A stretch of 64,000 nucleotides of DNA, from positions 3,957,833 to 4,021,832 of the forward strand of contig OZ272519.1 in assembly GCA_965603855.1 (NCBI GenBank), in the 5' to 3' direction. A model generated the notes under the pieces. The model saw only the letters and a list, made by a program, of their open reading frames with translations, was not told the origin of the DNA and made no database searches. Shown here one piece after another: positions 15,860 through 24,624 of this stretch. This stretch comes from Alphaproteobacteria bacterium. Lineage in GTDB: Bacteria > Pseudomonadota > Alphaproteobacteria > UBA8366 > G965603855. The position numbers and the translations under genes were made by a program. Positions within the stretch are counted from its first letter, which is position 1, and each line of letters begins with the position of its first letter.

Positions 15860-18742
15860 ATGGACGCCGCCGCTGACAAAGCCGAAACACTGTTGAAGGT
15901 GGTCGCCGCGCTGGCCGAGGAACTGCATCCGGGCCAGATGACAGACCGGCCGGTGACACTGGACAGCATGCTCGACCAGGACCTGGGCTTTGACAGTCTG
16001 GGACGGGTTGAACTGGTGCTGCGTGTGGAACGCACGTTCGACGTTACCGTGCCCGAACCGACCTTCGCCGCGATGGAAACGCCGCGGGACCTGCTGCAGG
16101 CGATCGTCGGCGCCCGTGGCGCGCGTGCCGCCATCGCCGCACCGGTGGTCGAAGCGGCGGGCCTGGGCGCTGCGGAGATCGCGCCGCACGAGGCCGACAC
16201 CCTGGTCGCGGTCCTGAACTGGCATGCCGCGCGCCATCCGGATCGGCCGCATCTCAGGATCTACAGCGACGAGGACGAGGGCGAAATCCTCACCTATGGC
16301 GCATTGCACAGCGAAGCGACGGCCGTCGCCAAGGGGCTCAGGCTCAGCGGCCTGCAGCCGGGCGAGGCCGTGGTCGTGATGCTGCCGACCGCGCGGGTCT
16401 ATTTTTCGACGTTTTTCGGCATCCTGCTGGCCGGCGGCGTTCCCGCGCCGATCTATCCGCCGCTCCGTCCCAGCCAGATCGAGGACCATCTCAAACGACA
16501 TGCGCGCATCGTCGAGAACTGCCGGGCCCGCCACATGGTCGTGGAGGACCAGGCCAAGCCGGTGGCGCGGCTGTTGCAGTCGCAGGTCGAGATCCTGCGT
16601 TTCGTCGCCACGCCGCAGGAACTGGCCGCCGCGGGGTCCGAGGCCGAGACCGATCTGCCGATGCGCGCGCCGCACGACACGGCGCTTCTGCAATACACAT
16701 CCGGCAGCACGGGAACGCCCAAGGGCGTCGTGCTGACCCACGCCAACCTTCTTGCCAACATCCGGTCCATGGCCCTGGCCATGAAGGTGACGTCCGAGGA
16801 CGTGTTCGTCAGCTGGCTGCCGCTGTACCACGACATGGGGCTGATCGGTGCCTGGTTGGGCAGCCTGGTCTATGCGGTCCATCTCGTGATCATGCCGCCG
16901 CTTGGTTTCCTGGCACGCCCGCAACGCTGGCTGACCGCGATCCACCGCTATCGCGGCACCCTGTCGGCGGCGCCGAACTTCGCCTACGAACTGTGCCTCA
17001 AACGAATCCCCGACGAGGCGCTTGGCGACCTGGATCTTGGGTCGTGGCGCGTCGCCTGCAACGGTGCGGAGGCGGTAAGCCCGCGAACCGTGGAACGGTT
17101 CTGCGAGCGTTTTGCGGCCTGTGGTTTCCGCCGCGAAGCGATGATGCCCGTCTACGGCCTTGCCGAATCGTCGGTGGGCGTCGCCTTTCCGCCGCTTGAC
17201 CGCGGCCCCCTGATCGACCGGATCACGCGCAAGGCGCTGATGACCGCCGGCAGGGCGGAACCGGCGGCCGAAGAAGACACCACCGCGCTGCGCTTCGTTG
17301 CCTGCGGTCGCCCGATCCCCGGCCACCAGGTCCGGGTCGTCGACGCCGCGGGCCGGGAACTGCCCGAACGCGAAGAAGGCCGGCTCCAGTTCACCGGCCC
17401 GTCGACGACGGCGGGCTATCTCAGGAATCCCGAAAAGACCCGCGAACTGTTCGACGGCGCATGGCTGGAATCCGGCGACCTGGCCTATATCGCCGGCGGC
17501 GACATCTTCATCACCGGCCGGACCAAGGACATCATCATCCACGCCGGCCGGAACATCTACCCGGAGGAACTGGAAGAGGCCGTCGGCGATCTGCCGGGCG
17601 TCCAGAAGGGCAATGTTGCCGTCTTCGGCAGCACCGATCCGGACACCGGCACGGAACGGCTGGTCGTGCTGGCCGAGACCCGCAAGCGCGCCGACAAGGA
17701 CCAGGCCGCGATCAGGAAACGCGTTAACGATCTCGCCGTCGATCTTGTCGGCACACCGCCCAACGACATTGTCCTGGCGCCGCCGCGCACGGTCCTGAAG
17801 ACTTCCAGCGGCAAGATCAGGCGTGCGGCGTGCCGCGATCTTTACGAAGGCGGTCTGATCGGCCGCAAGCGCCGTGCCCTGTGGTGGCAGGTCGTCCGGC
17901 TCGGCGCGGCCGGCCTGATGCCGCAGACCCGCCGATCGCTGCGGGCCCTGCATGGGCTGGCCTATGCGGTCTATGCCGGCATCGTCTTCGCCCTGGTCGC
18001 TTCGCCCCTATGGTTCGCCGTCGTCCTGTCGCCAGACGCCTGGCGGTGGGCAATCCTGGGGCGCGGGCTGAGAATATGGGCGTTCCTGTCGGGGATCCCC
18101 ATCGCGGTACGGGGCGTCGAGAACCTGCCGTCGCCCGCCACGCCCTGCGTGATGGTCTCCAACCACGCAAGCTATCTGGACGGGTTCGCCCTTGCCGCGA
18201 CGCTGCCCCGGCCCGCGCGTTTCGTCGCCAAGGCCGAACTGGTGGGACAGTGGCCGGCGAGGATCCCGCTCAACCGGATCGGCGCCGCCTTCATCGAACG
18301 GTTCGACAGCCGCAAGGGCGTGGAAGACGCAAAAGAGGTCGCCAAGACCGCCACCGGAGACCGCCCGCCGCTGTTCTTCGCGGAAGGGACCATCCGCCGC
18401 GAACCGGGTCTGTTGCCGTTTCACATGGGCGCGTTCGTCGCCGCAGCAGAGGCCGGTGTCCCGATCGTGCCGCTGACCATCCGCGGCACCCGCTCGATCC
18501 TGAGGCCCGACGGCTGGTTCCCGCGCAAGGGAACCGTCTCGGTCCTGATCGGCGCACCGATCGACCCGGCGACCTTCCAAGCCGAGACCGGCGGCGATCA
18601 CTGGGCCTTGGCGCTGAAATTGCGCGACGCGGCGCGCGCGGCGATCCTGCGACACTGCGGCGAGCCCGATCTCAGCCACGAGATGACGGCGGTCGCCGAC
18701 CTCGAACCGCCCGGCCCCGCTACTTCGTCTCCAGATCGGTGA
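15860..18742 (+). CDS. Fusion protein: acyl-carrier domain + fatty-acyl-AMP ligase + TM segment + PlsC-type (HX4D) acyltransferase
   Basis: 960-aa ORF. Carrier motif LGFDSLGRVEL (Ser46). Adenylation motifs LQYTSGSTGTPKGV, WLPLYHDMGLI, YGLAES, GDLAY and KTSSGKIRR. Hydrophobic helices at about aa 690-760. Acyltransferase blocks NHASYLD (His769/Asp774), FFAEGT and PIVPLTIRG. Confidence 0.9.
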   Translation: MDAAADKAETLLKVVAALAEELHPGQMTDRPVTLDSMLDQDLGFDSLGRVELVLRVERTFDVTVPEPTFAAMETPRDLLQAIVGARGARAAIAAPVVEAAGLGAAEIAPHEADTLVAVLNWHAARHPDRPHLRIYSDEDEGEILTYGALHSEATAVAKGLRLSGLQPGEAVVVMLPTARVYFSTFFGILLAGGVPAPIYPPLRPSQIEDHLKRHARIVENCRARHMVVEDQAKPVARLLQSQVEILRFVATPQELAAAGSEAETDLPMRAPHDTALLQYTSGSTGTPKGVVLTHANLLANIRSMALAMKVTSEDVFVSWLPLYHDMGLIGAWLGSLVYAVHLVIMPPLGFLARPQRWLTAIHRYRGTLSAAPNFAYELCLKRIPDEALGDLDLGSWRVACNGAEAVSPRTVERFCERFAACGFRREAMMPVYGLAESSVGVAFPPLDRGPLIDRITRKALMTAGRAEPAAEEDTTALRFVACGRPIPGHQVRVVDAAGRELPEREEGRLQFTGPSTTAGYLRNPEKTRELFDGAWLESGDLAYIAGGDIFITGRTKDIIIHAGRNIYPEELEEAVGDLPGVQKGNVAVFGSTDPDTGTERLVVLAETRKRADKDQAAIRKRVNDLAVDLVGTPPNDIVLAPPRTVLKTSSGKIRRAACRDLYEGGLIGRKRRALWWQVVRLGAAGLMPQTRRSLRALHGLAYAVYAGIVFALVASPLWFAVVLSPDAWRWAILGRGLRIWAFLSGIPIAVRGVENLPSPATPCVMVSNHASYLDGFALAATLPRPARFVAKAELVGQWPARIPLNRIGAAFIERFDSRKGVEDAKEVAKTATGDRPPLFFAEGTIRREPGLLPFHMGAFVAAAEAGVPIVPLTIRGTRSILRPDGWFPRKGTVSVLIGAPIDPATFQAETGGDHWALALKLRDAARAAILRHCGEPDLSHEMTAVADLEPPGPATSSPDR

Positions 18743-20795
18743 CGCCGTGCCAGGCAGTCCCGGGGGGATCCGCCGACAATGCCCGCGCCCGCCGGCCCAT
18801 CGCCGCGGCCGGGGGATCGGTGTCGGCAATCGCTTCGAAGCCCTGAGCCGCCTCGGCAAACCGTCCGTCCCGATAGGCCTCCAGCGCCCGCGCATAACGC
18901 GTCAGGCGTTCCATCGTCTCGGGCGCCACCCTGTCGGCCGGCCCGACAGGTTCGAACAACGTCACCGGCGCTGCGCGGCCGACGACACGCACCGTATCGA
19001 CCTCGCGCAGCAGCAGCGCACCATCGCAGGCGGCCGCCGTGGCGTCGCTGATCAGGATGTGGGTGCCATAGACCTTGTTCGCACTTTCCAGCCGCGCGGC
19101 GAGGTTCACGGCGTCGCCGATCACCGTGTAGTTCAGCCGGCGTGACGAGCCGATATTGCCCACCACCATGCGTCCGGAATTGATCCCGATACGGGTGCTG
19201 AGGTCGTTGTCGCCCAGTCGGGCCTGGCAGGCCAGCGCGGCCTCCACCGCGTGGCGCCGGTCGTCGTCATCCGCCACCGGCGCGCCGAACAGGGCCAGCA
19301 TGCCGTCGCCGTAATAGCGTTCCACATAGCCGTTGTAGGCCTCGATCACGTCGGTCATTTCGGTGAAATAGTCGTTCAACAGGGCGACCGTATCCTGCGG
19401 CGGCTTGTTCTCGGCGATCGAGGTGAACCCGGCCAGGTCCGAGAACAGCACGGTGATGTCCCGTTCCTCGCCGCCCAGCGCCGGCATCTCCCGGCTTTCG
19501 ACCAGCCGTTCCAACAGCTCGGGCGCCATGTAGTAGCCGAAGGCCTTGCGGATATGACGTTCGTCGCGGTCGATCACCGAGACCCGGAAGGCGCTGGCGG
19601 CGGCGAAGGTCAGGGCGCTGGCCAGCACCGGTTCGAACAGCGGCGGGTCGATGCCGCGGCCGAACAAGAAAACGGCGAGGCCCGACCAGACGAGACTGAC
19701 GACCAACCACGCCACCCCGGCGCCGACCGGGTGAAACCGCATCACGGCAAGGCCGCAGATCCCGGCCGCGGCCAGGACGACAAGAAACACCGCCCAGCCC
19801 GGCATCTCGCCCAGATAATCGCCGTTCAACAGGTTGCTGACCGCGGTCGCGTGCAGATAGACGCCGGGCACCGTGCCGCGCGCGACCAATTGATCGGCGC
19901 GCCGCGCCGGCAGGTTGTCGGTGCACGGCGCGGGCCAGCCTTCGCCGTCCGGCCGGGTCACCAGCCGCGCCGAGGACGGCACGCGATCCTCGGCATCCAG
20001 CACCGCTCCGAAGATCACGGTCTTTCCGGCGAAGGCGGATGTGAAGAATTCCGTGCGGTCCTGCTGTGCACAGTGCCACAGGTCGGCAAAGGAATAGGTC
20101 GGCACCGATCCCGGTGGCTGAAGATGGTTCAGAAGAAGGGCGTTGTCCTGCGCCTGGCGCAGCCCCGGCGAGATCTCGCCGGTCCTGCGGTGCCGGTTCG
20201 CCAGTTCCAGGGCGAAGGCCGGCTCGCTGACCAGTCCCCCCTCGGTTTCGCGCTGAACGAACAGCGGCACCGCGCGAACCACGCCGTCCGGATCGGTATG
20301 CAGGTTCAGCGAGCGGATGTTGATCGAATGCCCCACCGCCCAGCGCATCCGTTCGTGGGGCAGGATCGGCTCGTCGCCCAACTGCGTCGCGCCAAGCACG
20401 ATGCGCCCGTTCCTGCGTTCCTGGGACAGGATCCGCAACAGCGGCAGGTCGAAGCGCTGATCGCCCAGGAACCCCGCGGCAGAGGTGGGAAAGACGATAT
20501 CCCAGCCGATCACCGTCGGACCGGCCGCCAGAACCCGTTCCATCACGCCGGCGATCTGCGGCGCCCAGAGAACCCGCGGCACGCCCTTGAACGGCGGCGT
20601 GCGGTAGGTCAGCTCGTCGACCGCGATCACGGCGACGTCCTGCACCGCGCTTGGCCGGTCGATGCCCGCCGTGTCCCGCAGCCAGAACAGGATGTCCGTG
20701 CCCGACCGCATCACGTCGCGCGCCCAAGGCGTGCAGACACCCACGCTGAACGCGACCACGAACAAAGCAACGATCACCGCGTGGGTGCGCCGCAT
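18720..20795 (-). CDS. CHASE2-domain class III adenylate/guanylate cyclase
   Basis: 691-aa ORF. An N-terminal TM helix and a ~300-aa extracytoplasmic domain are followed by three TM helices. Cyclase core: ITVLFSDLAGFT, YYGDGMLALFG, YTVIGDAVNLAARLE. The C-terminal tail is TPR-like. The 3' end overlaps the convergent gene by 23 bp. Confidence 0.9.
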   Translation of the reverse strand: MRRTHAVIVALFVVAFSVGVCTPWARDVMRSGTDILFWLRDTAGIDRPSAVQDVAVIAVDELTYRTPPFKGVPRVLWAPQIAGVMERVLAAGPTVIGWDIVFPTSAAGFLGDQRFDLPLLRILSQERRNGRIVLGATQLGDEPILPHERMRWAVGHSINIRSLNLHTDPDGVVRAVPLFVQRETEGGLVSEPAFALELANRHRRTGEISPGLRQAQDNALLLNHLQPPGSVPTYSFADLWHCAQQDRTEFFTSAFAGKTVIFGAVLDAEDRVPSSARLVTRPDGEGWPAPCTDNLPARRADQLVARGTVPGVYLHATAVSNLLNGDYLGEMPGWAVFLVVLAAAGICGLAVMRFHPVGAGVAWLVVSLVWSGLAVFLFGRGIDPPLFEPVLASALTFAAASAFRVSVIDRDERHIRKAFGYYMAPELLERLVESREMPALGGEERDITVLFSDLAGFTSIAENKPPQDTVALLNDYFTEMTDVIEAYNGYVERYYGDGMLALFGAPVADDDDRRHAVEAALACQARLGDNDLSTRIGINSGRMVVGNIGSSRRLNYTVIGDAVNLAARLESANKVYGTHILISDATAAACDGALLLREVDTVRVVGRAAPVTLFEPVGPADRVAPETMERLTRYARALEAYRDGRFAEAAQGFEAIADTDPPAAAMGRRARALSADPPGTAWHGVTDLETK

Positions 20796-20934
20796 GGCTC
20801 AGGAAAGGGCGGACCGGCAGGAAACGGGCATGGCGCGATTATGGCGCGCGGCGCCTGACGCAACCACTGTTTTACCGTCAGCCGACGCCTCGCGCCGCTT
20901 GACGCACGGTTCCGGGCGCGGGTACTCACCGGCC

Positions 20935-21840
20935 ATGACGCGGCAAGCAGACACGGGCGGGCGCGGCCCGGCAATCGGCGAGATGCGGATCGACGGTGTC
21001 CTGTTCGAGCGGCGCCCCCTGGGCGACGCGGTCCCGGTGGTCTTCGACTCGCCGCACAGCGGCACGGACTACCCGGCCGACTTCGGCACCATCGTCCCGC
21101 CAGAGCGGCTGCGCCAGGCCGAAGACATGTATGTGGACGCTCTGTTTTCCTCCGCGCCCGAGAATGGCGCGGTCTTGCTGGGCGCGCTCTTCCCGCGCAG
21201 CTATATCGACCCGAACCGCGGGCTCGCCGACCTGGATCCCGACCTGATCCGCGGCGCCTGGCCCGACGCGGTGACGCCCGGCGCGAAGACGGCCCTGGGT
21301 GTTGGGCTGATCTGGCGGAACGAACCGACCGGCGGGCCGATGTACGACCGCAAGCTGAGCGTGGCAGAGGCGCGAAACCGCATCGACGGGTTCTACCGCC
21401 CCTATCACGACCGGCTGCGCGCGGCCTTGGACGAGGCCCGCACACGGCACGGGGCGGTCTGGCATCTCAACTGCCATTCCATGCCGTCGACCAGCGGCCC
21501 CCTGTCGCCGGAAGGCCCCGACGTTTCGCGGCCCCAGTTCAACCTGGGCGACCGGGACGGCACCACCTGCGATCCGGGTTTCACCGCCTTCGTCCGCCGC
21601 ACCATCGAGGGCCTGGGCTATCAATGCACCGTCAACGATCCCTACAAGGGGGTCGAGCTTGTGCGGGCCTATTCGGATCCGGCGGCAAACCGCCACAGCC
21701 TGCAGATCGAGATCAGCCGCGCGCTTTATATGGACGAGGCAACGTTCGCCAGAACCGCGGGTTTCAAAAGGCTGCAGGCCGACCTCGGCCGGCTGATCGA
21801 GGCGATCGTCGGATACGCCAAACGGAACCGCGCGGCCTGA
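20935..21840 (+). CDS. N-formylglutamate amidohydrolase-family protein
   Basis: In-frame part of track ORF 20662-21840 with ATG at 20935. Contains VVFDSPHSGTDYPADF and WHLNCHSM, typical of the FGase family. Confidence 0.75.
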   Translation: MTRQADTGGRGPAIGEMRIDGVLFERRPLGDAVPVVFDSPHSGTDYPADFGTIVPPERLRQAEDMYVDALFSSAPENGAVLLGALFPRSYIDPNRGLADLDPDLIRGAWPDAVTPGAKTALGVGLIWRNEPTGGPMYDRKLSVAEARNRIDGFYRPYHDRLRAALDEARTRHGAVWHLNCHSMPSTSGPLSPEGPDVSRPQFNLGDRDGTTCDPGFTAFVRRTIEGLGYQCTVNDPYKGVELVRAYSDPAANRHSLQIEISRALYMDEATFARTAGFKRLQADLGRLIEAIVGYAKRNRAA

Positions 21841-21853
21841 CCGGCCGCAACGA

Positions 21854-22738
21854 TCATTCCTCCAGCCCGTTCGTCTGGTACTGGGCGGTGATCATCGACG
21901 GCGTCAGCATTTCGCCGAAACCGCGCGCAACCGCATCCTCGAAATCCTCGCGGATGGCGCGCGCGACAGCCGCCTTGAGCGGGGCTTCGTCGGCAAAGGA
22001 CGTGAAGTAGGTCATGTCTTTCAACGCGTTCGCGATGGAGAACCGCATCCGTTCCAGATCGCCCTCCACGGCGCCGCCGGCGATCAATTGGAACAGTCCG
22101 CTGTTCACGCCGCCGGCCGAAATCAGGTCGTACAGGACCTGCGCATCGATGCCCGCCGCGCGGCACGCCGCGAATGCCTCGGCCGTGACCGTCACCTGGC
22201 TCATCGCCATGAAGTTGTTGATCAGCTTCAGCGTGTGCCCGGCGCCCACCGGCCCGACACGGAAGATGTTCTCGCAGAACGCCCGAAGCACCGGCTCGAC
22301 CTTGGCGTAGGTCTCCTCCGGCCCGCCGACGATCGCGTTCAGGGTTCCCTTCTCAGCCTCGATCGGGGTGCGGGTCAGCGGCGCGTCGAGGTATTCGCAG
22401 CCCGCCTCGGCAAGGGCGGCGGCGATCTTCTCGCTCGACGACGGCAAGCTGGTGGAGCAATCGATCACGATCAGACCCGGCCGGGCGCCGTCCAGGATCC
22501 CGTTCTCGCCGAAAATGCAGGCCTCGACCTGCGGGCTTCCGGAAACGCACAGAATGACCACGTCCGACGCCTCGGCCACCCCGCACGGATCGGCCGCCTC
22601 GGTCGCGCCAAGGCCCATCAGCCGTTCCAAAGGCGCCCGGTTGCGGTGCGCCATCCCGGTCACGGCGAAGCCCTTTTCCAAGAGGTTCTTCGCCATGCCG
22701 GCCCCCATCATGCCAAGGCCGATAAAGCCAACCTTCAT
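21854..22738 (-). CDS. NAD(P)-dependent 3-hydroxyisobutyrate/6-phosphogluconate-dehydrogenase-like oxidoreductase
   Basis: Track ORF 21854-22798. The ATG at complement 22738 gives MKVGFIGLGMMGAGMAKNL (Rossmann GxGxxG). Confidence 0.85.
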   Translation of the reverse strand: MKVGFIGLGMMGAGMAKNLLEKGFAVTGMAHRNRAPLERLMGLGATEAADPCGVAEASDVVILCVSGSPQVEACIFGENGILDGARPGLIVIDCSTSLPSSSEKIAAALAEAGCEYLDAPLTRTPIEAEKGTLNAIVGGPEETYAKVEPVLRAFCENIFRVGPVGAGHTLKLINNFMAMSQVTVTAEAFAACRAAGIDAQVLYDLISAGGVNSGLFQLIAGGAVEGDLERMRFSIANALKDMTYFTSFADEAPLKAAVARAIREDFEDAVARGFGEMLTPSMITAQYQTNGLEE

Positions 22739-22901
22739 AGTCCCCTCCCTGTTGCCTCTTCGTTCGCGGGCCAGGCGGTGGACTAGACCAAGCGCCACCC
22801 AATGTCAAAAAAGTGCATTGCGCGGCGACGGATCGGGGGCATCCCTCCCGTGTATGGGGGGAAAGCCGCCGCCGGGCGGCACCGAGACAAGGAGACCGGA
22901 A

Positions 22902-23378
22902 ATGCAGCACTTCCCACGGTTTGGCAGCCGTCTTGCCCTGGTGGGCGTCCTTACCGTCGCCCTGACGTCGGGCATGGCCTTGGCCCAGGGCGGGCGCGGC
23001 AACGGCGGCCCCGACGGCGACGATCGCGGCCGGCCGTCGATGGCCCAGCGGATGATCGAGTTCCTGGACACCAACGGCGACGGCGCAATCAGCCTCGATG
23101 AAATCGCCGCCGAGCAGGACCGGCTGTTCGTCGCCGCCGACGTCGACGGCGACGGCAAGCTTTCCGTCGAGGAGTTCCGCCGCCGGGGCCAGTGGTTCCA
23201 GCGTCTGCGGACAACCACGCTGTTCGATCTTACCGACGTCGACGGCGACATGGCTGTGGCGCCCGACGAGATAAAATCTCCGTCCGCGCGCTGGTTCGCC
23301 CGTTATGATGCCAACGGCGACGGCAAGATCGAGGCCAGCGAACTGCCCCAGCGTTCGTGGCGCCGCGGACGTCGCTGA
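22902..23378 (+). CDS. Secreted EF-hand calcium-binding protein (four EF loops)
   Basis: In-frame part of track ORF 22368-23378. The ATG at 22902 is preceded by AAGGAG. Signal peptide MQHFPRFGSRLALVGVLTVALTSGMALAQG. Four EF loops: DTNGDGAISLDE, DVDGDGKLSVEE, DVDGDMAVAPDE, DANGDGKIEASE. Confidence 0.8.
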   Translation: MQHFPRFGSRLALVGVLTVALTSGMALAQGGRGNGGPDGDDRGRPSMAQRMIEFLDTNGDGAISLDEIAAEQDRLFVAADVDGDGKLSVEEFRRRGQWFQRLRTTTLFDLTDVDGDMAVAPDEIKSPSARWFARYDANGDGKIEASELPQRSWRRGRR

Positions 23379-23412
23379 GCGTCGGGCAGAGAGGAGTCCT
23401 GTTGCGTTCCGG

Positions 23413-24000
23413 ATGGACCCGCGGGAGCTGAAGCGGCCGGACGACCGCACGGTGGATGACGAGCTCATCCGCCGTGTGGCCGATGGCGACACGACGGCGT
23501 GGCCGAAACTGGTCGAACGCCATGCCGCGCCCATCACGGCCTGTGCGTGGCGCATGCTGGGCGATCGCGCCGAGGCGGAGGATGTCACCCAGGAGGCGTT
23601 TCTGCGGCTGTTCCGCAAGGCGAACGACTGGCGCCCCGGCGGCCCGCAATTGCGAACCTGGCTGATCCGCGTCGCGACCAACCTGTGCATCGACCGGGCC
23701 CGCAGCCGACGCACCGTGCCGATGGATGTCGTGCAACTGGACGAGATCGCGCTGGGCGAGGACGCGCCGCAGCAGACGCGTTTGGATCAACAGCGGGCAT
23801 TGGGCGCGGCCCTGTCCAGCCTGCCGGTCCGCCAGCGCGGCGCCGTCGTCCTGGTCCACCACCAGGGCCTGAGCCAGCGCGAGGCCGCGGACGCCCTGGG
23901 CGTCAGCGTCGAAGCCTTGGAGTCCCTGTTGTCCCGCGCCCGCCGCAGTCTCAAGCGCCAGCTTTCGCCGTTGCTGGAGGATCTCCTGTCGGGGCCATAA
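23413..24000 (+). CDS. ECF-type RNA polymerase sigma-70 factor
   Basis: In-frame part of track ORF 23305-24000 with ATG at 23413. Region 2: AEDVTQEAFLRLF ... TWLIRVATNLCIDRAR. Region 4: LPVRQRGAVVLVHHQGLSQREAADALGVSVEALESLLSRARRSLK. Confidence 0.85.
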   Translation: MDPRELKRPDDRTVDDELIRRVADGDTTAWPKLVERHAAPITACAWRMLGDRAEAEDVTQEAFLRLFRKANDWRPGGPQLRTWLIRVATNLCIDRARSRRTVPMDVVQLDEIALGEDAPQQTRLDQQRALGAALSSLPVRQRGAVVLVHHQGLSQREAADALGVSVEALESLLSRARRSLKRQLSPLLEDLLSGP

Positions 24001-24045
24001 GGGCGCGCCGCATAAGAGGGCATGAGTTGTCGAAGGAATGAAGAG

Positions 24046-24606
24046 ATGAGCATGAACGAGACACGCCTGGAAGCCATCATCGACGCCTACGGCGCCGCGC
24101 CCGAACGCTGGCCGAACGCCGAGCGGGCGGCCGCGCTCGCGCTGTTGAAACGGTCGGACCGGGCGCGCATCGCATGGGTCGAAGCGGCCGCACTGGACTC
24201 GCTCATGGTCGGCGAGGAGCCCCCCCAGCCTTCGGGAGATCTGATGGGGCGCTTGCAGGCCATTGGGGAAACGACCGAAACGCCCCGCCGGCCGGCGAAA
24301 GCCCGGCCCTTGTTCGGCGGCTTTCTGGAGCCGGTGCGCGCGCCTGCGGTCGCCGCGTTCGCGGCCATCGCCCTGGCGTTCGTGGCCGGCCTGGCGGTGC
24401 CGACCTCCTTCGGCACTCTGCAAACCGATACCGGCGCACCGGCCGTCGTGGTCCAGGGCGGCGGCGCCGCGCTGCCGGCGGCCGATGACGACACGGTGGC
24501 GCTCGTCGACAGTTGGCTTGAGGACGCCGACGAAGAGGAGTTCGATGCAAGCGACGCGGACGATGCGGACCTTGAACTGGCGATCCTGGATCTGGAACTC
24601 GATTGA
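24046..24606 (+). CDS. Putative single-pass anti-sigma factor with acidic extracytoplasmic tail
   Basis: Track ORF 24022-24606; start taken at the ATG at 24046 (24052 is also possible). It lies 45 bp downstream of the sigma gene. One TM helix (PAVAAFAAIALAFVAGLAVP). The C-terminal ~40 aa are very acidic (DDDTVALVDSWLEDADEEEFDASDADDADLELAILDLELD). The role is inferred from position and topology only. Confidence 0.5.
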   Translation: MSMNETRLEAIIDAYGAAPERWPNAERAAALALLKRSDRARIAWVEAAALDSLMVGEEPPQPSGDLMGRLQAIGETTETPRRPAKARPLFGGFLEPVRAPAVAAFAAIALAFVAGLAVPTSFGTLQTDTGAPAVVVQGGGAALPAADDDTVALVDSWLEDADEEEFDASDADDADLELAILDLELD

Positions 24607-24624
24607 TCGCGCCTGGCGCGCCGC

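Noticed and set aside
20935-21840. Formylglutamate amidohydrolase gene as a sign of a histidine-utilisation (hut) cluster
   Set aside because: No hutU, hutH, hutI or hutC genes are in the window. It is treated as an isolated family member of uncertain substrate.
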